NCBI GenBank assembly: GCA_040005235.1
Contig: JBDTZG010000045.1
Coordinates: 1-46,899 of the forward strand
Reading direction: 5' to 3'
Origin: Acidobacteriota bacterium
GTDB taxonomy: Bacteria > Acidobacteriota > Thermoanaerobaculia > Multivoradales > UBA5704
DNA length: 46,899 nt
The position numbers were made by a program, and so were the translations under genes. The notes beneath the pieces were generated by a model, which ran no database searches, had not been told where the DNA came from, and worked only from the letters and a program-made list of their open reading frames with translations. Positions 1-9,697 of the stretch are shown here, piece by piece. Within the stretch, counting starts at the first letter, position 1. Every line of letters starts with the position of its first letter.

Positions 1-1306
1 CCCCTTCGAGCAGCAGGGCGGGCGCCGTCGCCCAGACCGGCAGCTTCTGCCCTCCCTTGGCGCACCAGCCGGCGCCTTCGGCGCGGCGAATATCGCCCAC
101 CGCCGTGGCCTTGCCCAACAGGTCTGCCAGGCGGCCGTGGATCGCGCAGGGGCCGAGGGCCTCGGCCGGTTCGCCTTTGTAGATGCGGCGGGCGAAGGGA
201 AAGAGCAGCTCCAGCTCTCCAGTCCGCGGATCGAGAGTGCCGCGGCGGACCTGGGGGAGCCAGAGGCCCCCTTCCGCGCCGTCGAACAGATCGTTTTCCG
301 AAGCGGTGCCGGCCAGCAGCTCCAGGTGGTGGCTGCGCGGCATCGGCAGGTCGTGCCGCCCGGCGCGGCGCCCGGCTCCTGGTACGAGGGTCGATGCCGA
401 GCGCGACCAAGCGGCGTCGGCGAGCGGCTGCTCGACAATCCCGTCGCGCAGCAGCCAGCGGCGGCAGACGGGAAGACCCTCGTCGTCTGTCGTGCGCCGG
501 ACCGAGGAAGGGGCGGCGCCCGGATCGTCGAGCACCGACAGGAGCGGGCTCCCGAGCGCGACGCCGATCGCCGCATCCGGTTTGCCCGACAGGGCGAGCA
601 GATCCGCTTCGAGCGCGTGGGCGACTGCTTCATGGAGGAGCACCGCGACGACCGCGGGTCCGAGCAAGATCGCTCCGGGGCGGGGCGAAAAGGGGTGCGC
701 CGTCCGGGCGCGGAACAGCTCGACCAGATGCCCCGCGGCGGCTTCCGCCTCCGGCCGGCCGAGCTGGGGAAGGAGCGCCCCCCAGCGCCCGCCTGGGATT
801 TCCGCATTCAGACTGTAGTAGCTCTCGGTTTCGGGAGCGGGTACCAAGCGCGGCGTCGCGACCTGGAGCCATCGGCGATGTCGACGGACGGTCAAGCGGA
901 GAGGGAACGCCGTGTGGTGCGCGCGGATCGCTCGTTCGAGCAGGCCGGCGAAATCGACCACCTCGGGCGCTTCGGGCGGACCCGGCGCCCCCGGCCAGGG
1001 TCCGAGCGGCAGATCGGGTTCGGGGACGCTCGCGGCAGGGAGCGCTCGCGCCACCTGGCGGAGCGCTTCGGAAAACGACCGGCCGTCGATCCCGTCGCGC
1101 GAGGCGAGAAACGCGCGGCGGTCGCGCACCAGGCGGACGGCGAAACCCTCTTCGCGGCGGATCGAAAACCCCGGTCCTTCGCCGTCGGGCGGCAGCTCGA
1201 TCTCTTCGGTCCGCTCAAAAAAGCCATCGACCCAATCCTCGTCCGATCCGGCGAGTTGGGCGAGCGAGCGGGCAAGGGCTGGGGTATCGAAGGAGGAGAA
1301 CGGCAT
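1..1306 (-). CDS. tldD: TldD/PmbA family metallopeptidase (3' end lies outside the window)
   Basis: Absent from the ORF track because there is no stop in the window. Manual translation from ATG 1306 gives MPFSFDTPALARSL...VLLHEAVAHALEAD (HExxxH)...TTDDEG...GWCAKGGQKLPVWATAPALL, the typical TldD C-terminal CxKxGQ motif. Confidence 0.85.
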   Translation of the reverse strand, partial: MPFSSFDTPALARSLAQLAGSDEDWVDGFFERTEEIELPPDGEGPGFSIRREEGFAVRLVRDRRAFLASRDGIDGRSFSEALRQVARALPAASVPEPDLPLGPWPGAPGPPEAPEVVDFAGLLERAIRAHHTAFPLRLTVRRHRRWLQVATPRLVPAPETESYYSLNAEIPGGRWGALLPQLGRPEAEAAAGHLVELFRARTAHPFSPRPGAILLGPAVVAVLLHEAVAHALEADLLALSGKPDAAIGVALGSPLLSVLDDPGAAPSSVRRTTDDEGLPVCRRWLLRDGIVEQPLADAAWSRSASTLVPGAGRRAGRHDLPMPRSHHLELLAGTASENDLFDGAEGGLWLPQVRRGTLDPRTGELELLFPFARRIYKGEPAEALGPCAIHGRLADLLGKATAVGDIRRAEGAGWCAKGGQKLPVWATAPALLLEG

Positions 1307-1319
1307 GGTGCCGTCCCCC

Positions 1320-3821
1320 CTATCCGATCCCGAACGCCATGGTGATCAGCGTCTTCTGCTCCAGCGTGTGGGCGGTCGCCGAGCCGGTCGCCGGGCTGCC
1401 CGAGGCCGAGCGCTTGACCGAGCGGATCGGCCGGCGGAGCAGGCGCTCGATGCGCGGCTGGACGAAGATCAGCGCGCCCATGTTCGCCGGCTCTTCCTGC
1501 ACCCAGACGACGTCGCGGGCGTCCGGGTGGGCGGCGAAGATCGCTTCCAGCTCTTTGGCCGGGAACGGGTAGAGCTGGTCGACGAAGACCACCGCGGTCT
1601 GCGTATCCCCCCGTCGTTCGCGCTCGCGCAGCAGCTCATGACCGATCTTGCCGCTGCACAAAAGGATGCGCCGGGCGTTTTGAATCTGCCGGTCCGGCAC
1701 CACGTTCTGGAAGGCGCCCTCGGCCAGATCGGCGACGTTCGACGACGAGTCCTTGTGCCGCAGCATGCTTTTCGGGGTGAAGACGATCAAGGGCTTCCGC
1801 CACCGGCGCAACGCCTGTCGGCGCAGCAGGTGGAAGTACTGACCACCGGTCGAGGGTTGGCAGACCTGGATGTTGTCCTCCGCCGCGAGCTGGAGATAGC
1901 GCTCGATCCTCGCGCTCGAATGCTCCGGCCCCTGGCCCTCGTAGCCGTGGGGAAGAAGCATCACCAGCCCGGAAAGGAGGCCCCATTTGTCCTCGCCCGC
2001 GGTGACGAACTGGTCGAGGATGATCTGGGCGCCGTTGGCGAAATCGCCGAACTGGGCCTCCCACATCACCAGCGCTTCAGGAAAATCGCGGCTGTAGCCG
2101 TATTCGAAGCCGAGCACCGCCGCTTCCGAGAGCAGCGAGTCGTAGACCTCGAAACGGGCCTGCCCCGGCTCCAGATGTTGGAGCGGCAGGTGGTCGCGGC
2201 CGTTTTCGACGTCGATCAGCACCGAGTGGCGCTGGTTGAACGTGCCACGCCGGCAGTCCTGGCCGGACATGCGGACCGGCACGCCGGAGGTCACCAGCGA
2301 GGCGAACGCCAGCGCCTCGGCCATGCCGTAATCGATCGGCCGGGCGCCGCGGCCCATTTCCAGCCGCTGCTCCAGGAGCTTCTTGATCTTCTCGTGGACG
2401 TGAAAACCTTCCGGCGCCCGGGTGAGCCCCTCGGCGAGCGCGCCCAGCCGCTCGGCCGAAACGGCGGTCGGCACCTCGTACTCCCGCTTGTAGGCACCGC
2501 CGGTGAACGCGCTCCAATAAGGGGGCATCGTCCGCAGCGTCGGCTTCTTTTCCAGCTCTTCCGCTTGGCGCTGCGCCTCGAAAAGCTCGGCCCGATAGGC
2601 GGCGACCATCCCCTCGGCTTCGGTTTCGGGGATTCCGGAAGTCGCGGCCAGCCGGCGCGCATAGTTCTTCCAGGTCGGGGCGAACGCGGCGATCTTTTTA
2701 TACAGGGTGGGCTGGGTGATCGTCGGGTCATCCACCTCGGAATGGCCGTGGCGGCGATAGCCGATCAGGTCGATCACCACGTCGCTCGCAAAGGCGTAGC
2801 GATACTCGCAGGCCATCTGCGCGACCCGCGCCACGGCATCCGGGTCCTCGGCGTTGACGTGAAAGATCGGGATCGGCAGACGTTTCGCGATGTCGGTCGC
2901 GAAACGCGAAGACTGGAGGTTTTTCGGTTCGGTGGTGAAGCCGATCAGGTTGTTGACCACGACCTGGATCGTGCCGCCCACCCGGTAGGCTTCGAGCTCG
3001 GTCATGTTGAGCGTCTCGGCGACTACCCCCTGGCCGGAAAACGCCGCATCGCCGTGCATCACGATACCCAGCACCTTCTGGCCCGTCGGGTCGCCGATCC
3101 GGTCGAGCTTCGCTCTGGCACGCCCCATGGCGACCGAATCGACCGCTTCGAGATGGCTCGGGTTCGAGACCAGGTGCAGGCGCAGCGAGCGGCCGTTCTT
3201 CGCCACGTGCTCGCCCGTCGCCCCCATGTGGTACTTGACGTCGCCGCTGCCCAGGATGCTCTTCGGATCGACGTCCTCGAAGCCGGCGAACAGCTCCGCC
3301 GCGGGCCGGCCCACGGTGATCGCCATCACGCTCAACCGGCCGCGATGGGGCATCGCGAGCACCCCTTGCTCGGCACCCAGCTCGGAAGCGGTTTCGAGCA
3401 GACCGTCGAGCAGCGGCAGGAGCGAGGTCACCCCTTCGATCGAGAAGCGCTTGCTCCCCAGGTAGCGCTGCTGAATCACCTGTTCGAACGTTTCGCCGCG
3501 TACCAGCAGCTCCAGCAGCCGGCGCCGGTCGGGAGCTTGGGGCTCGCGCTCCATCCGCTCGGTCAAAAAGCGCCGCCGGGCCGGATCGATGATGTGCATG
3601 AATTCGAGACCGATCGAGCCGCAATACCAGCGGCGCGCCTGTTCGGTCTCGGGAGATGCCTCGGAACCCGCGGAGAGCTCGGCGAGCGGCTCGGTTTCCG
3701 GCAAAAGCCGCCCCATCGGGTCGAGGTCGGCGGCGAGATATCCGTAGCGGCGGAAGGCGTCCAAAACGCCCGCCGAGGAAGATTCAAGGTGCTGGTCGAG
3801 GATGGCCTGGGTCCTGTCCAT
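1320..3821 (-). CDS. sucA: 2-oxoglutarate dehydrogenase E1 component
   Basis: Motifs KRFSIEG, GDVKYH, NPSHLE, HGDAAFSGQG, GYRRHGH, WEAQFGDF, HGYEGQGPEHSS, QEEPANMG. Start placed at MDRTQ (ATG 3821). Confidence 0.97.
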   Translation of the reverse strand: MDRTQAILDQHLESSSAGVLDAFRRYGYLAADLDPMGRLLPETEPLAELSAGSEASPETEQARRWYCGSIGLEFMHIIDPARRRFLTERMEREPQAPDRRRLLELLVRGETFEQVIQQRYLGSKRFSIEGVTSLLPLLDGLLETASELGAEQGVLAMPHRGRLSVMAITVGRPAAELFAGFEDVDPKSILGSGDVKYHMGATGEHVAKNGRSLRLHLVSNPSHLEAVDSVAMGRARAKLDRIGDPTGQKVLGIVMHGDAAFSGQGVVAETLNMTELEAYRVGGTIQVVVNNLIGFTTEPKNLQSSRFATDIAKRLPIPIFHVNAEDPDAVARVAQMACEYRYAFASDVVIDLIGYRRHGHSEVDDPTITQPTLYKKIAAFAPTWKNYARRLAATSGIPETEAEGMVAAYRAELFEAQRQAEELEKKPTLRTMPPYWSAFTGGAYKREYEVPTAVSAERLGALAEGLTRAPEGFHVHEKIKKLLEQRLEMGRGARPIDYGMAEALAFASLVTSGVPVRMSGQDCRRGTFNQRHSVLIDVENGRDHLPLQHLEPGQARFEVYDSLLSEAAVLGFEYGYSRDFPEALVMWEAQFGDFANGAQIILDQFVTAGEDKWGLLSGLVMLLPHGYEGQGPEHSSARIERYLQLAAEDNIQVCQPSTGGQYFHLLRRQALRRWRKPLIVFTPKSMLRHKDSSSNVADLAEGAFQNVVPDRQIQNARRILLCSGKIGHELLRERERRGDTQTAVVFVDQLYPFPAKELEAIFAAHPDARDVVWVQEEPANMGALIFVQPRIERLLRRPIRSVKRSASGSPATGSATAHTLEQKTLITMAFGIG

Positions 3822-3830
3822 AGGGGCGAA

Positions 3831-3883
3831 AGGATACACCGGCAGGAAACGATTTGACGTGCCGGGGGCAGGGCGCATAGCGT
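3831..3883. promoter_or_regulatory. Divergent promoters for sucA (-10 TATCCT, minus strand) and the 3890 ORF (TTGACG-18-TAGCGT)
   Basis: -10-like hexamers lie 9 nt and 6 nt before the respective ATGs, with no SD. Confidence 0.5.
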
Positions 3884-3889
3884 CTCGGG

Positions 3890-4297
3890 ATGCCCCGCCG
3901 CCGCCAGAGTACCCGCCGCAGCTTTCTCCACTACGAGCACCGGAACGAGAAGCTGCTGCCGATCGAACTTTTCGTCCCGCGAATGCTGCGCCACGTCGGC
4001 GCGGCCGCTGTACTGATCGGCGTGAGCCTCGGCCTGGGGGTGGTCGGCTATAAATGCTTCTTCCCGAAGCTATCCTGGCTCGACGCGCTGCTCAACGCGT
4101 CGATGATTCTCACCGGCATGGGGCCGGTCGATCCGGCGGAGACCTCCGCGGCCAAGATCTTCGCCTCCCTCTACGCGCTGTTTTCAGGCGTGGCGTTCAT
4201 CACGGGGGCCGGGATTGGATTTACCCCGATCGCCCACCGCCTGCTACACAAGTTTCATCTGGACGACGACTCGGGCGGGAAGCCGGACAAGAAATAA
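3890..4297 (+). CDS. Small two-TM membrane protein, potassium-channel pore (Ion_trans_2)-like family
   Basis: TM1 - [17 protein letters not shown] - [16 protein letters not shown]2 layout; the canonical TVGYG filter is replaced by TGMGP. Confidence 0.7.
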   Translation: MPRRRQSTRRSFLHYEHRNEKLLPIELFVPRMLRHVGAAAVLIGVSLGLGVVGYKCFFPKLSWLDALLNASMILTGMGPVDPAETSAAKIFASLYALFSGVAFITGAGIGFTPIAHRLLHKFHLDDDSGGKPDKK

Positions 4298-4302
4298 CGC
4301 GC

Positions 4303-4381
4303 TTTTTCCCGGGACCGCCGAGCACCAGCTCGGCACCCGAAGCGGCCGAGATCGCCAAAAACGGCCGAGCTGGTGCTCGGC
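4303..4381. repeat. Palindromic REP/MITE-like element, right arm truncated
   Basis: TTTTCCCGGGACCGCCGAGCACCAGCTCGGC ... GCCGAGCTGGTGCTCGGC; the same element occurs in inverted orientation at 30199-30287. Confidence 0.85.
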
Positions 4382-4542
4382 CCGGGCCGCCGCCCATCGC
4401 GAGAGGTCGCATGCCCGCGACCAGGGCGAGCGTAGTCATCAGGATCGGCCGCAGCCGGTCGCGGTTGCCCTGGATGATCGCCGCCTCGCGCTCCATGCCG
4501 GCCGCGCGCAGCTGGTTCGTGTGGTCGATCTGGAGGATAGCG
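4381..4542 (-). pseudogene. Duplicated fragment of the RND transporter 3' region
   Basis: Ungapped match to 5207-5368, 150/162 identical by hand alignment. Confidence 0.9.
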
Positions 4543-4548
4543 CCCGGG

Positions 4549-4663
4549 CTGAACCTCGGCGATGGCCGAGTCGCTGATTCACAGGAAAGGGTTGGTGCTC
4601 GAAGAGGCGCCGATCTTCAAGCTCAAGGATTGGATCGACCGGCGGTTTCTCGCGAAGTACCGG
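4549..4663 (+). pseudogene. Duplicated, frameshifted 3' end of the FAD oxidoreductase gene
   Basis: Matches 11449-11562 (LNLGDG...[15 protein letters not shown]) with a 1-nt insertion. Confidence 0.9.
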
Positions 4664-4703
4664 CTGCCACCGGGCGAACCCACAGGACGGATCTCGGGCT
4701 AGG

Positions 4704-4967
4704 TTAAACCGCTTCGGCCAGCCTTTCCCTAAGAAGGGAGTTGATCAGGGATTCCGAAGAAACGTGCCGAGAGCGCGCAATCTTGGCGACCTTGCCAGCG
4801 AGATCATCGTCTAGAGCCACCAAGTGTTTGTGTTTGACGATTCCGATCTCGAAGTCCGCTTCGGGCATCTGATCCCAATACTCTCCCATGTCGTGCGCCT
4901 CGAAAAACTCTACGAGGTCGTTGAGAGAATCCGTCGCAGGCCTTGCGCCCAGCTTATTTGCGGCCAT
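4704..4967 (-). CDS. CopG/BrnA-type antitoxin (orphan)
   Basis: EFFEAHDMGEYWD N-terminal motif plus C-terminal ribbon-helix-helix (LDDDLAGKVAKIARSRHVSSESLINSLLRERL); SD AAGGAG upstream. Confidence 0.8.
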   Translation of the reverse strand: MAANKLGARPATDSLNDLVEFFEAHDMGEYWDQMPEADFEIGIVKHKHLVALDDDLAGKVAKIARSRHVSSESLINSLLRERLAEAV

Positions 4968-4986
4968 ACCTTGTTCGCTCCTTCGG
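4954..4986 (-). pseudogene. Vestigial C-terminal tail of a BrnT-type toxin
   Basis: Reads PKERTRYGRK-stop overlapping the antitoxin start, like the KERxxY tail of BrnT toxins. Confidence 0.55.
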
Positions 4987-4989
4987 GCA

Positions 4990-7900
4990 CTAGTTGCTCG
5001 TCCTGGCCGCCGTCCGCTCGGAGAGCGACATCTCCTCGTACTCCGGCTCGCTCGGACGCCGCAGGCGGGTCGTCATTTTTCGCCAGCCGCCTTTGCCCAG
5101 ATCGTCGAACAGCGAGTAGAAGACCGGGGTGGCGAGCAGGGTGAGCAGGAGCGACAAGCTCTGGCCGCCGATCACCACCACGGCGACCGCGCGGCGCTCT
5201 TCGGCGCCTGGGCCGCCGCCCATCGCGAGAGGGAGCATGCCTGCGACCAGGGCGAGGGTGGTCATCAGGATCGGCCGCAGCCGGTCTCGGTTGCCTTGGA
5301 TGATCGCCGCCTCCCGCTCCATGCCGCCCGCGCGCAGTTGGTTCGTGTGGTCGATCTGGAGGATGGCGTTTTTCTTCACTACGCCGAACAGCACCAGCAC
5401 GCCGAGTGCCGAGTAGAGGTTGAGCGTGTTGCCGGTCGCCCAGAGCGAGAACAGGGCGAACGGCACTGCGATCGGCAGAGACAGCAGGATGGTGAGCGGA
5501 TGAACCAGGCTCTCGAACTGCGAGGCGAGGATCATGTACATGAAGATGATCGAGAGCATGAAGGCGAAAATGAACTCGGTCCGGGTTCGCTCCAACTCGC
5601 GGGCGCGACCGCCGATCGCGGTCGTATAGGCGGGGGGCAGGTTCATGTCGGCCACCGCCTGGCGCAGCGCGGCGATCCGGTCGGAGAGCGCAAAGCCCGG
5701 GGCGACCCCGGCGCGCAGCGAGGCCTGGCGCTGGCGGTCGAGCCGGTCGACGCGCGAAGCCGACGACTGCTCGGCCAGGTCGACCAGCGAATCCATCCGC
5801 ACCAAACCGCCTCCCGCGCGCGGCACCAGCAGTCGGGAGATCGTGCCCGGATCGCTCCGGTCGGCATGCGCGAGGCGCAGCTCGACGTCGTACTCGTCGT
5901 TGGCCGCCGGATCGTAAAAGCGGGTGACTTCCTGGTCGCCGCCCACCATCACCTGGAGTGCGGTCGCGACGTCCGAGACCTCGACCCCTAAATCCGCCGC
6001 GCGGGCGCGATCGATATGGACCGCCAGCTCCGGCTTGTCGAGCTTCAAGGTCGTGTCGGCGTCGACGATGCCCAGCTCCTCGCTTCGAGCGCGCAGTTTC
6101 TCCATGTATTGGGCGAGTGTCGCGAGGTCGGGTCCGCGCAGCGCGAAGTCGATCTCGGAATTGCCGCCGCCGATGTTGAACGAAGGGACGTTCCTCACGC
6201 CAGGGCGGATGTTCGGCAGCTTCGCGAGGCGCTTGCGGATGTCGGTCATCACCTCGCGTTGGCTGCGCCCGCGAAACGCGAGACCCGGGTCGCCATGGAA
6301 CAGGCCCGAAAAGAATCGGCTGAATGAAAACTGGCGCTCTTCCTGCGGCGAGATGCGCACGTAGCCATTGCCCTGGTTCACACCGCCGAAGAATCCTCCG
6401 CCGGCCGAGACCAAAACGTCGCGCACTTCGGGCGCCGCCTTCACCTGATCTTCGATCGCGCGCATCACCTCGTCCATGGCGGCGAGGCTGGTCCCTTCGG
6501 GAGCGTTCACGCTCAGCTCGAATTCCGCCTCGTCCACGTCGCTCGGCACATACTCGGTGCGCATGATCCGCGCTAGCGGGATGGCCGACAGCATGACCAG
6601 TAACGCCAATCCCGCCGCGAGCGTCCGGTGGTGCAGGGAGAACTTCAAAAGCCGCACATAAAGGCGGTCGACCTTGCCGTAGAAACCCTCGCGCGAATGC
6701 CCCTCTCCGGCCGCGTCCTCGGCGCGCAGCAGCCGGGCGCTCATCGTCGGAGTGAGGGTGAACGAGACCAGGAGCGAAACCAGAACGGCGACCGCGGCGG
6801 TGATGCCGAATTGGTAGAGGAAGCGGCCGGAGATGCTCGACATGAACGAGACCGGCACGAAGATGACCACCAGGCTGAGCGTGGTGGACAACACCGCGAA
6901 GCCGATCTCGGCGGTCGCCTTTTGGGCCGCCTCCATCGGCTGCATCTTCTTTTCCTCGACGAAGCGGAAAATGTTTTCAAGCACCACGATCGCATCGTCG
7001 ATCACCACGCCGACCATCAATACCAGGGCCAGCATGGTGACGCTGTTGAGGGTGAAATCGAGCGCCTTCATCATTCCGAAGGTGGCGATCACCGAGGTGG
7101 GAATCGCCACCGCGGCGATCACCGTCGAGCGCCAGCTGCGCATGAAGGCAAAGACCACCAGCGAGGCGAACAGGCTGCCCAGGATCAGGTGGACGTTGAT
7201 CTCGTGGAGGGCGGAACGAATGTAAATCGACTGGTCGCGGATCGGCTCGACCTTGATGTCCGAGGGGAGCGTCGGCCCGATTTTCGCAAGGATCGCCTGG
7301 ACCGCATCGATCACCGCGACGGTATTGGCCCCCGATTGGCGGCGCACCTCCAGGGTTACCGTCGGTACGCCGTTCAGCCGCGCCACCGAACGCTGCTCTT
7401 TGGTGCCGTCGATCGCCTCGCCGACGTCACGGATCCGCACCGGCTGGCCGCCGATCACGGCGACCACGAGGTTGTTGAACCCCTGCGGGTCTTCGATCCG
7501 TCCGAGCGTCCGCAGCGCCATCTCGCGCGAGCCGGAGGTCACGTTGCCGCCCGGCACCGCCGAGTTCTGGTTGCGCAGGGCGTCGCGCACCGCGGTGATC
7601 GGCAGTTTGTAAGCGGCTAGGCGGTCGGCATCCACGGTGACCGAGATCGCCCGTTCGAGGCCGCCCACGATCGCCACCTCGCCCACCCCGCCGGCGCGCT
7701 CGATCTGCACCTTGATCTGTTTGTCGGCGATCTCGGTCAGCTCGCGCAGCGGCCGGTTGGCCGAAAGCGCGAGGGTCAAGATCGGCGAGCTGTCGTTGTT
7801 GAACTTGGCGACGATCGGCGGCTGCACGTCCTCCGGCAGCCGGCGGATCACGCCCGCCACCCGGTCGCGAATGTCCTGCGCGGCGGTCTCGATGTCGCGC

Positions 7901-8196
7901 GACAGATCGAACGTGGCGATGACGATCGAGTTGGCGCCCGAGGTGATCGAGCGCAGCTCCTGGATGCCCTCGACCGTGTTGACCGCCTCTTCGATCCGCT
8001 GCGAGACCTCGACCTCGGTCTCTTCGGTCGACGAGCCGGGGAGCACCGTGCGGACGCTCACCGTCGGCAGGTCTACCGAAGGGAAACGGTCGACGCCGAG
8101 GCGGAAATAGCTCGCAGCCCCGACCACCACCAGGGCCAGGATGATCATGGCCGCGAAGACTGGCCGGCGAATGCAGATCTCGGCAAGCTTCTGCAT
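4990..8196 (-). CDS. RND efflux transporter, AcrB/AcrD/AcrF family permease
   Basis: 1068 aa; IRRPVFA start, [32 protein letters not shown]. Confidence 0.96.
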   Translation of the reverse strand: MQKLAEICIRRPVFAAMIILALVVVGAASYFRLGVDRFPSVDLPTVSVRTVLPGSSTEETEVEVSQRIEEAVNTVEGIQELRSITSGANSIVIATFDLSRDIETAAQDIRDRVAGVIRRLPEDVQPPIVAKFNNDSSPILTLALSANRPLRELTEIADKQIKVQIERAGGVGEVAIVGGLERAISVTVDADRLAAYKLPITAVRDALRNQNSAVPGGNVTSGSREMALRTLGRIEDPQGFNNLVVAVIGGQPVRIRDVGEAIDGTKEQRSVARLNGVPTVTLEVRRQSGANTVAVIDAVQAILAKIGPTLPSDIKVEPIRDQSIYIRSALHEINVHLILGSLFASLVVFAFMRSWRSTVIAAVAIPTSVIATFGMMKALDFTLNSVTMLALVLMVGVVIDDAIVVLENIFRFVEEKKMQPMEAAQKATAEIGFAVLSTTLSLVVIFVPVSFMSSISGRFLYQFGITAAVAVLVSLLVSFTLTPTMSARLLRAEDAAGEGHSREGFYGKVDRLYVRLLKFSLHHRTLAAGLALLVMLSAIPLARIMRTEYVPSDVDEAEFELSVNAPEGTSLAAMDEVMRAIEDQVKAAPEVRDVLVSAGGGFFGGVNQGNGYVRISPQEERQFSFSRFFSGLFHGDPGLAFRGRSQREVMTDIRKRLAKLPNIRPGVRNVPSFNIGGGNSEIDFALRGPDLATLAQYMEKLRARSEELGIVDADTTLKLDKPELAVHIDRARAADLGVEVSDVATALQVMVGGDQEVTRFYDPAANDEYDVELRLAHADRSDPGTISRLLVPRAGGGLVRMDSLVDLAEQSSASRVDRLDRQRQASLRAGVAPGFALSDRIAALRQAVADMNLPPAYTTAIGGRARELERTRTEFIFAFMLSIIFMYMILASQFESLVHPLTILLSLPIAVPFALFSLWATGNTLNLYSALGVLVLFGVVKKNAILQIDHTNQLRAGGMEREAAIIQGNRDRLRPILMTTLALVAGMLPLAMGGGPGAEERRAVAVVVIGGQSLSLLLTLLATPVFYSLFDDLGKGGWRKMTTRLRRPSEPEYEEMSLSERTAARTSN

Positions 8197-8276
8197 ACTT
8201 CAGATCCCCTTTTCGATCCGCCCCTCGACGGGGAAGAATTTCGTCAAAGCGCTTGCCCGAGAGGCCGTCGAGCGCG

Positions 8277-9566
8277 TCACTCCGCCGCCACCTCGATCTC
8301 GACCGCTTGGCCCTCGGTCAGGTTGCCCGGCGTCACGACCACGGATTCACCGGCGGAAAGGCCGCTTACGATTTCCACCCGATCGCCGCTCTTGCGCCCC
8401 AGGCGGACTCTTTTTTCGACCGCCTTGCCCTTGTCCACGCCGATCACCTTGTCCACCCCGGCGAACGACACCACCGCCGAAGCGGGGACCAGCACCGCCG
8501 GATCCGCCGCCCGCAGGACGATCTCGGCGCGGGCGAACGAGCCGGGCCGCAAGGCGCCGTCGCCGTTGGGGATCTCAACCTCAATGTCGAGCGTCCGGCT
8601 CGCTTCGGTGATCGACGGGCCGAGACGGGCGATCCGGCCTTCGATCCCGGGGGGAATCGTGGAACCCGCATCGGCCTCATCGGTTGCAGCCTGGGTGGCC
8701 GCCGGGCTTTCTCCCATCGAATTCTCCGGGGCTTCGCCGACCGTGAGCCGCACCGGCAGGCCGACCCGCAGCCCTTCGGCCTCCCGCTCCGGCACCGAAA
8801 GGCGCAGGCGCAGCGGATCGGTCCGCACGAGGACCAAGGCCACGGTGCCGGCCGATACGTAATCGCCGGGGGCCGCCTTGCGCTCTTCGATCGCGCCGGC
8901 AAACGGCGCTCGCAGCGTCGAGTCGGCCAGCTGGGCCTTGGCGAGATCGAGCTCGGCGCGCCGCTGGGAGAGCACGCCCTGGCGGTTCTGCGCCTCTTCG
9001 ATCGACGCCTGGTAGCTCCCCTCGGCGACGCCGTAGTCGGCTTCCATCTTGTCGACGTCGGACCGCGGAATGAGCTGTTCTTCAAACAATTTCCGGCCGC
9101 GGTCGCGGGTCACCCGGGCTTGCTCCAGGAGCGCTTTGGCCTGGCGAACGGGCGAGGTCGTTGCCGGATCGACCAGAACGTCCGGTCCGTCGGACGGCAG
9201 GCCCAACCGGGAACGCGCCTGGGCCAGAGTGCTCTGGGCTTGCGCCACGCGAAGCGAAAAATCTTCCGAGGCGAGCCGCGCGACCACTTGGCCCGCGCGG
9301 ACCCGGCTACCCAGATCGACGGGGATGTCGGCCACCCGGCCGGCGACCTTGAACGCCAGCTCGCTCCGCTCGTCGGCGGCCAGGGTGCCGGTCGCGGGGA
9401 CGACGCGCGGCAGCCGCCCCTCTTCGGATTTCGCAAGCTTGACCTTGCGCGGCGGCTCGGCGGCGGCCTCTTTGCTTCCCCCCTTGGCGGAGCTGCCTCC
9501 ACCGCAGGCGAGACAGGTAAGGGCGAGGACCGGGACGAGAGCGAGGGAGCGGAAATTTCGGGGCAT
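8277..9566 (-). CDS. RND periplasmic adaptor (MFP) lipoprotein
   Basis: Lipobox LTCLAC, lipoyl halves (GRVADIPVDLGSRV; LRAPFAGAI), LRPGSF, VEIVSGLSAGESVV. Confidence 0.93.
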   Translation of the reverse strand: MPRNFRSLALVPVLALTCLACGGGSSAKGGSKEAAAEPPRKVKLAKSEEGRLPRVVPATGTLAADERSELAFKVAGRVADIPVDLGSRVRAGQVVARLASEDFSLRVAQAQSTLAQARSRLGLPSDGPDVLVDPATTSPVRQAKALLEQARVTRDRGRKLFEEQLIPRSDVDKMEADYGVAEGSYQASIEEAQNRQGVLSQRRAELDLAKAQLADSTLRAPFAGAIEERKAAPGDYVSAGTVALVLVRTDPLRLRLSVPEREAEGLRVGLPVRLTVGEAPENSMGESPAATQAATDEADAGSTIPPGIEGRIARLGPSITEASRTLDIEVEIPNGDGALRPGSFARAEIVLRAADPAVLVPASAVVSFAGVDKVIGVDKGKAVEKRVRLGRKSGDRVEIVSGLSAGESVVVTPGNLTEGQAVEIEVAAE

Positions 9567-9697
9567 AGGGGTCCAAATACGCAAATGGGCGGTTGAAGTT
9601 GATCGGACCGAAAGGCCGGGCCGCGACTCTATTGCAAACCATGCGCCGAGCCGCCTCCGTCACGGACTCGTCACGTCCGGCTAAGATGCTAGCCAAA

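Noticed and set aside
912-3857. 981-aa plus-strand ORF and similar long ORFs (137-1345, 22425-24347, 8253-9596, 28553-29983, 43636-44829)
   Set aside because: Antisense or alternate-frame shadows of well-supported genes, expected in high-GC DNA; no motifs.
4381-5368. Diverged repeat pair as a DGR template/variable repeat
   Set aside because: Mismatches fall at third codon positions, not specifically at adenines, and there is no reverse transcriptase.
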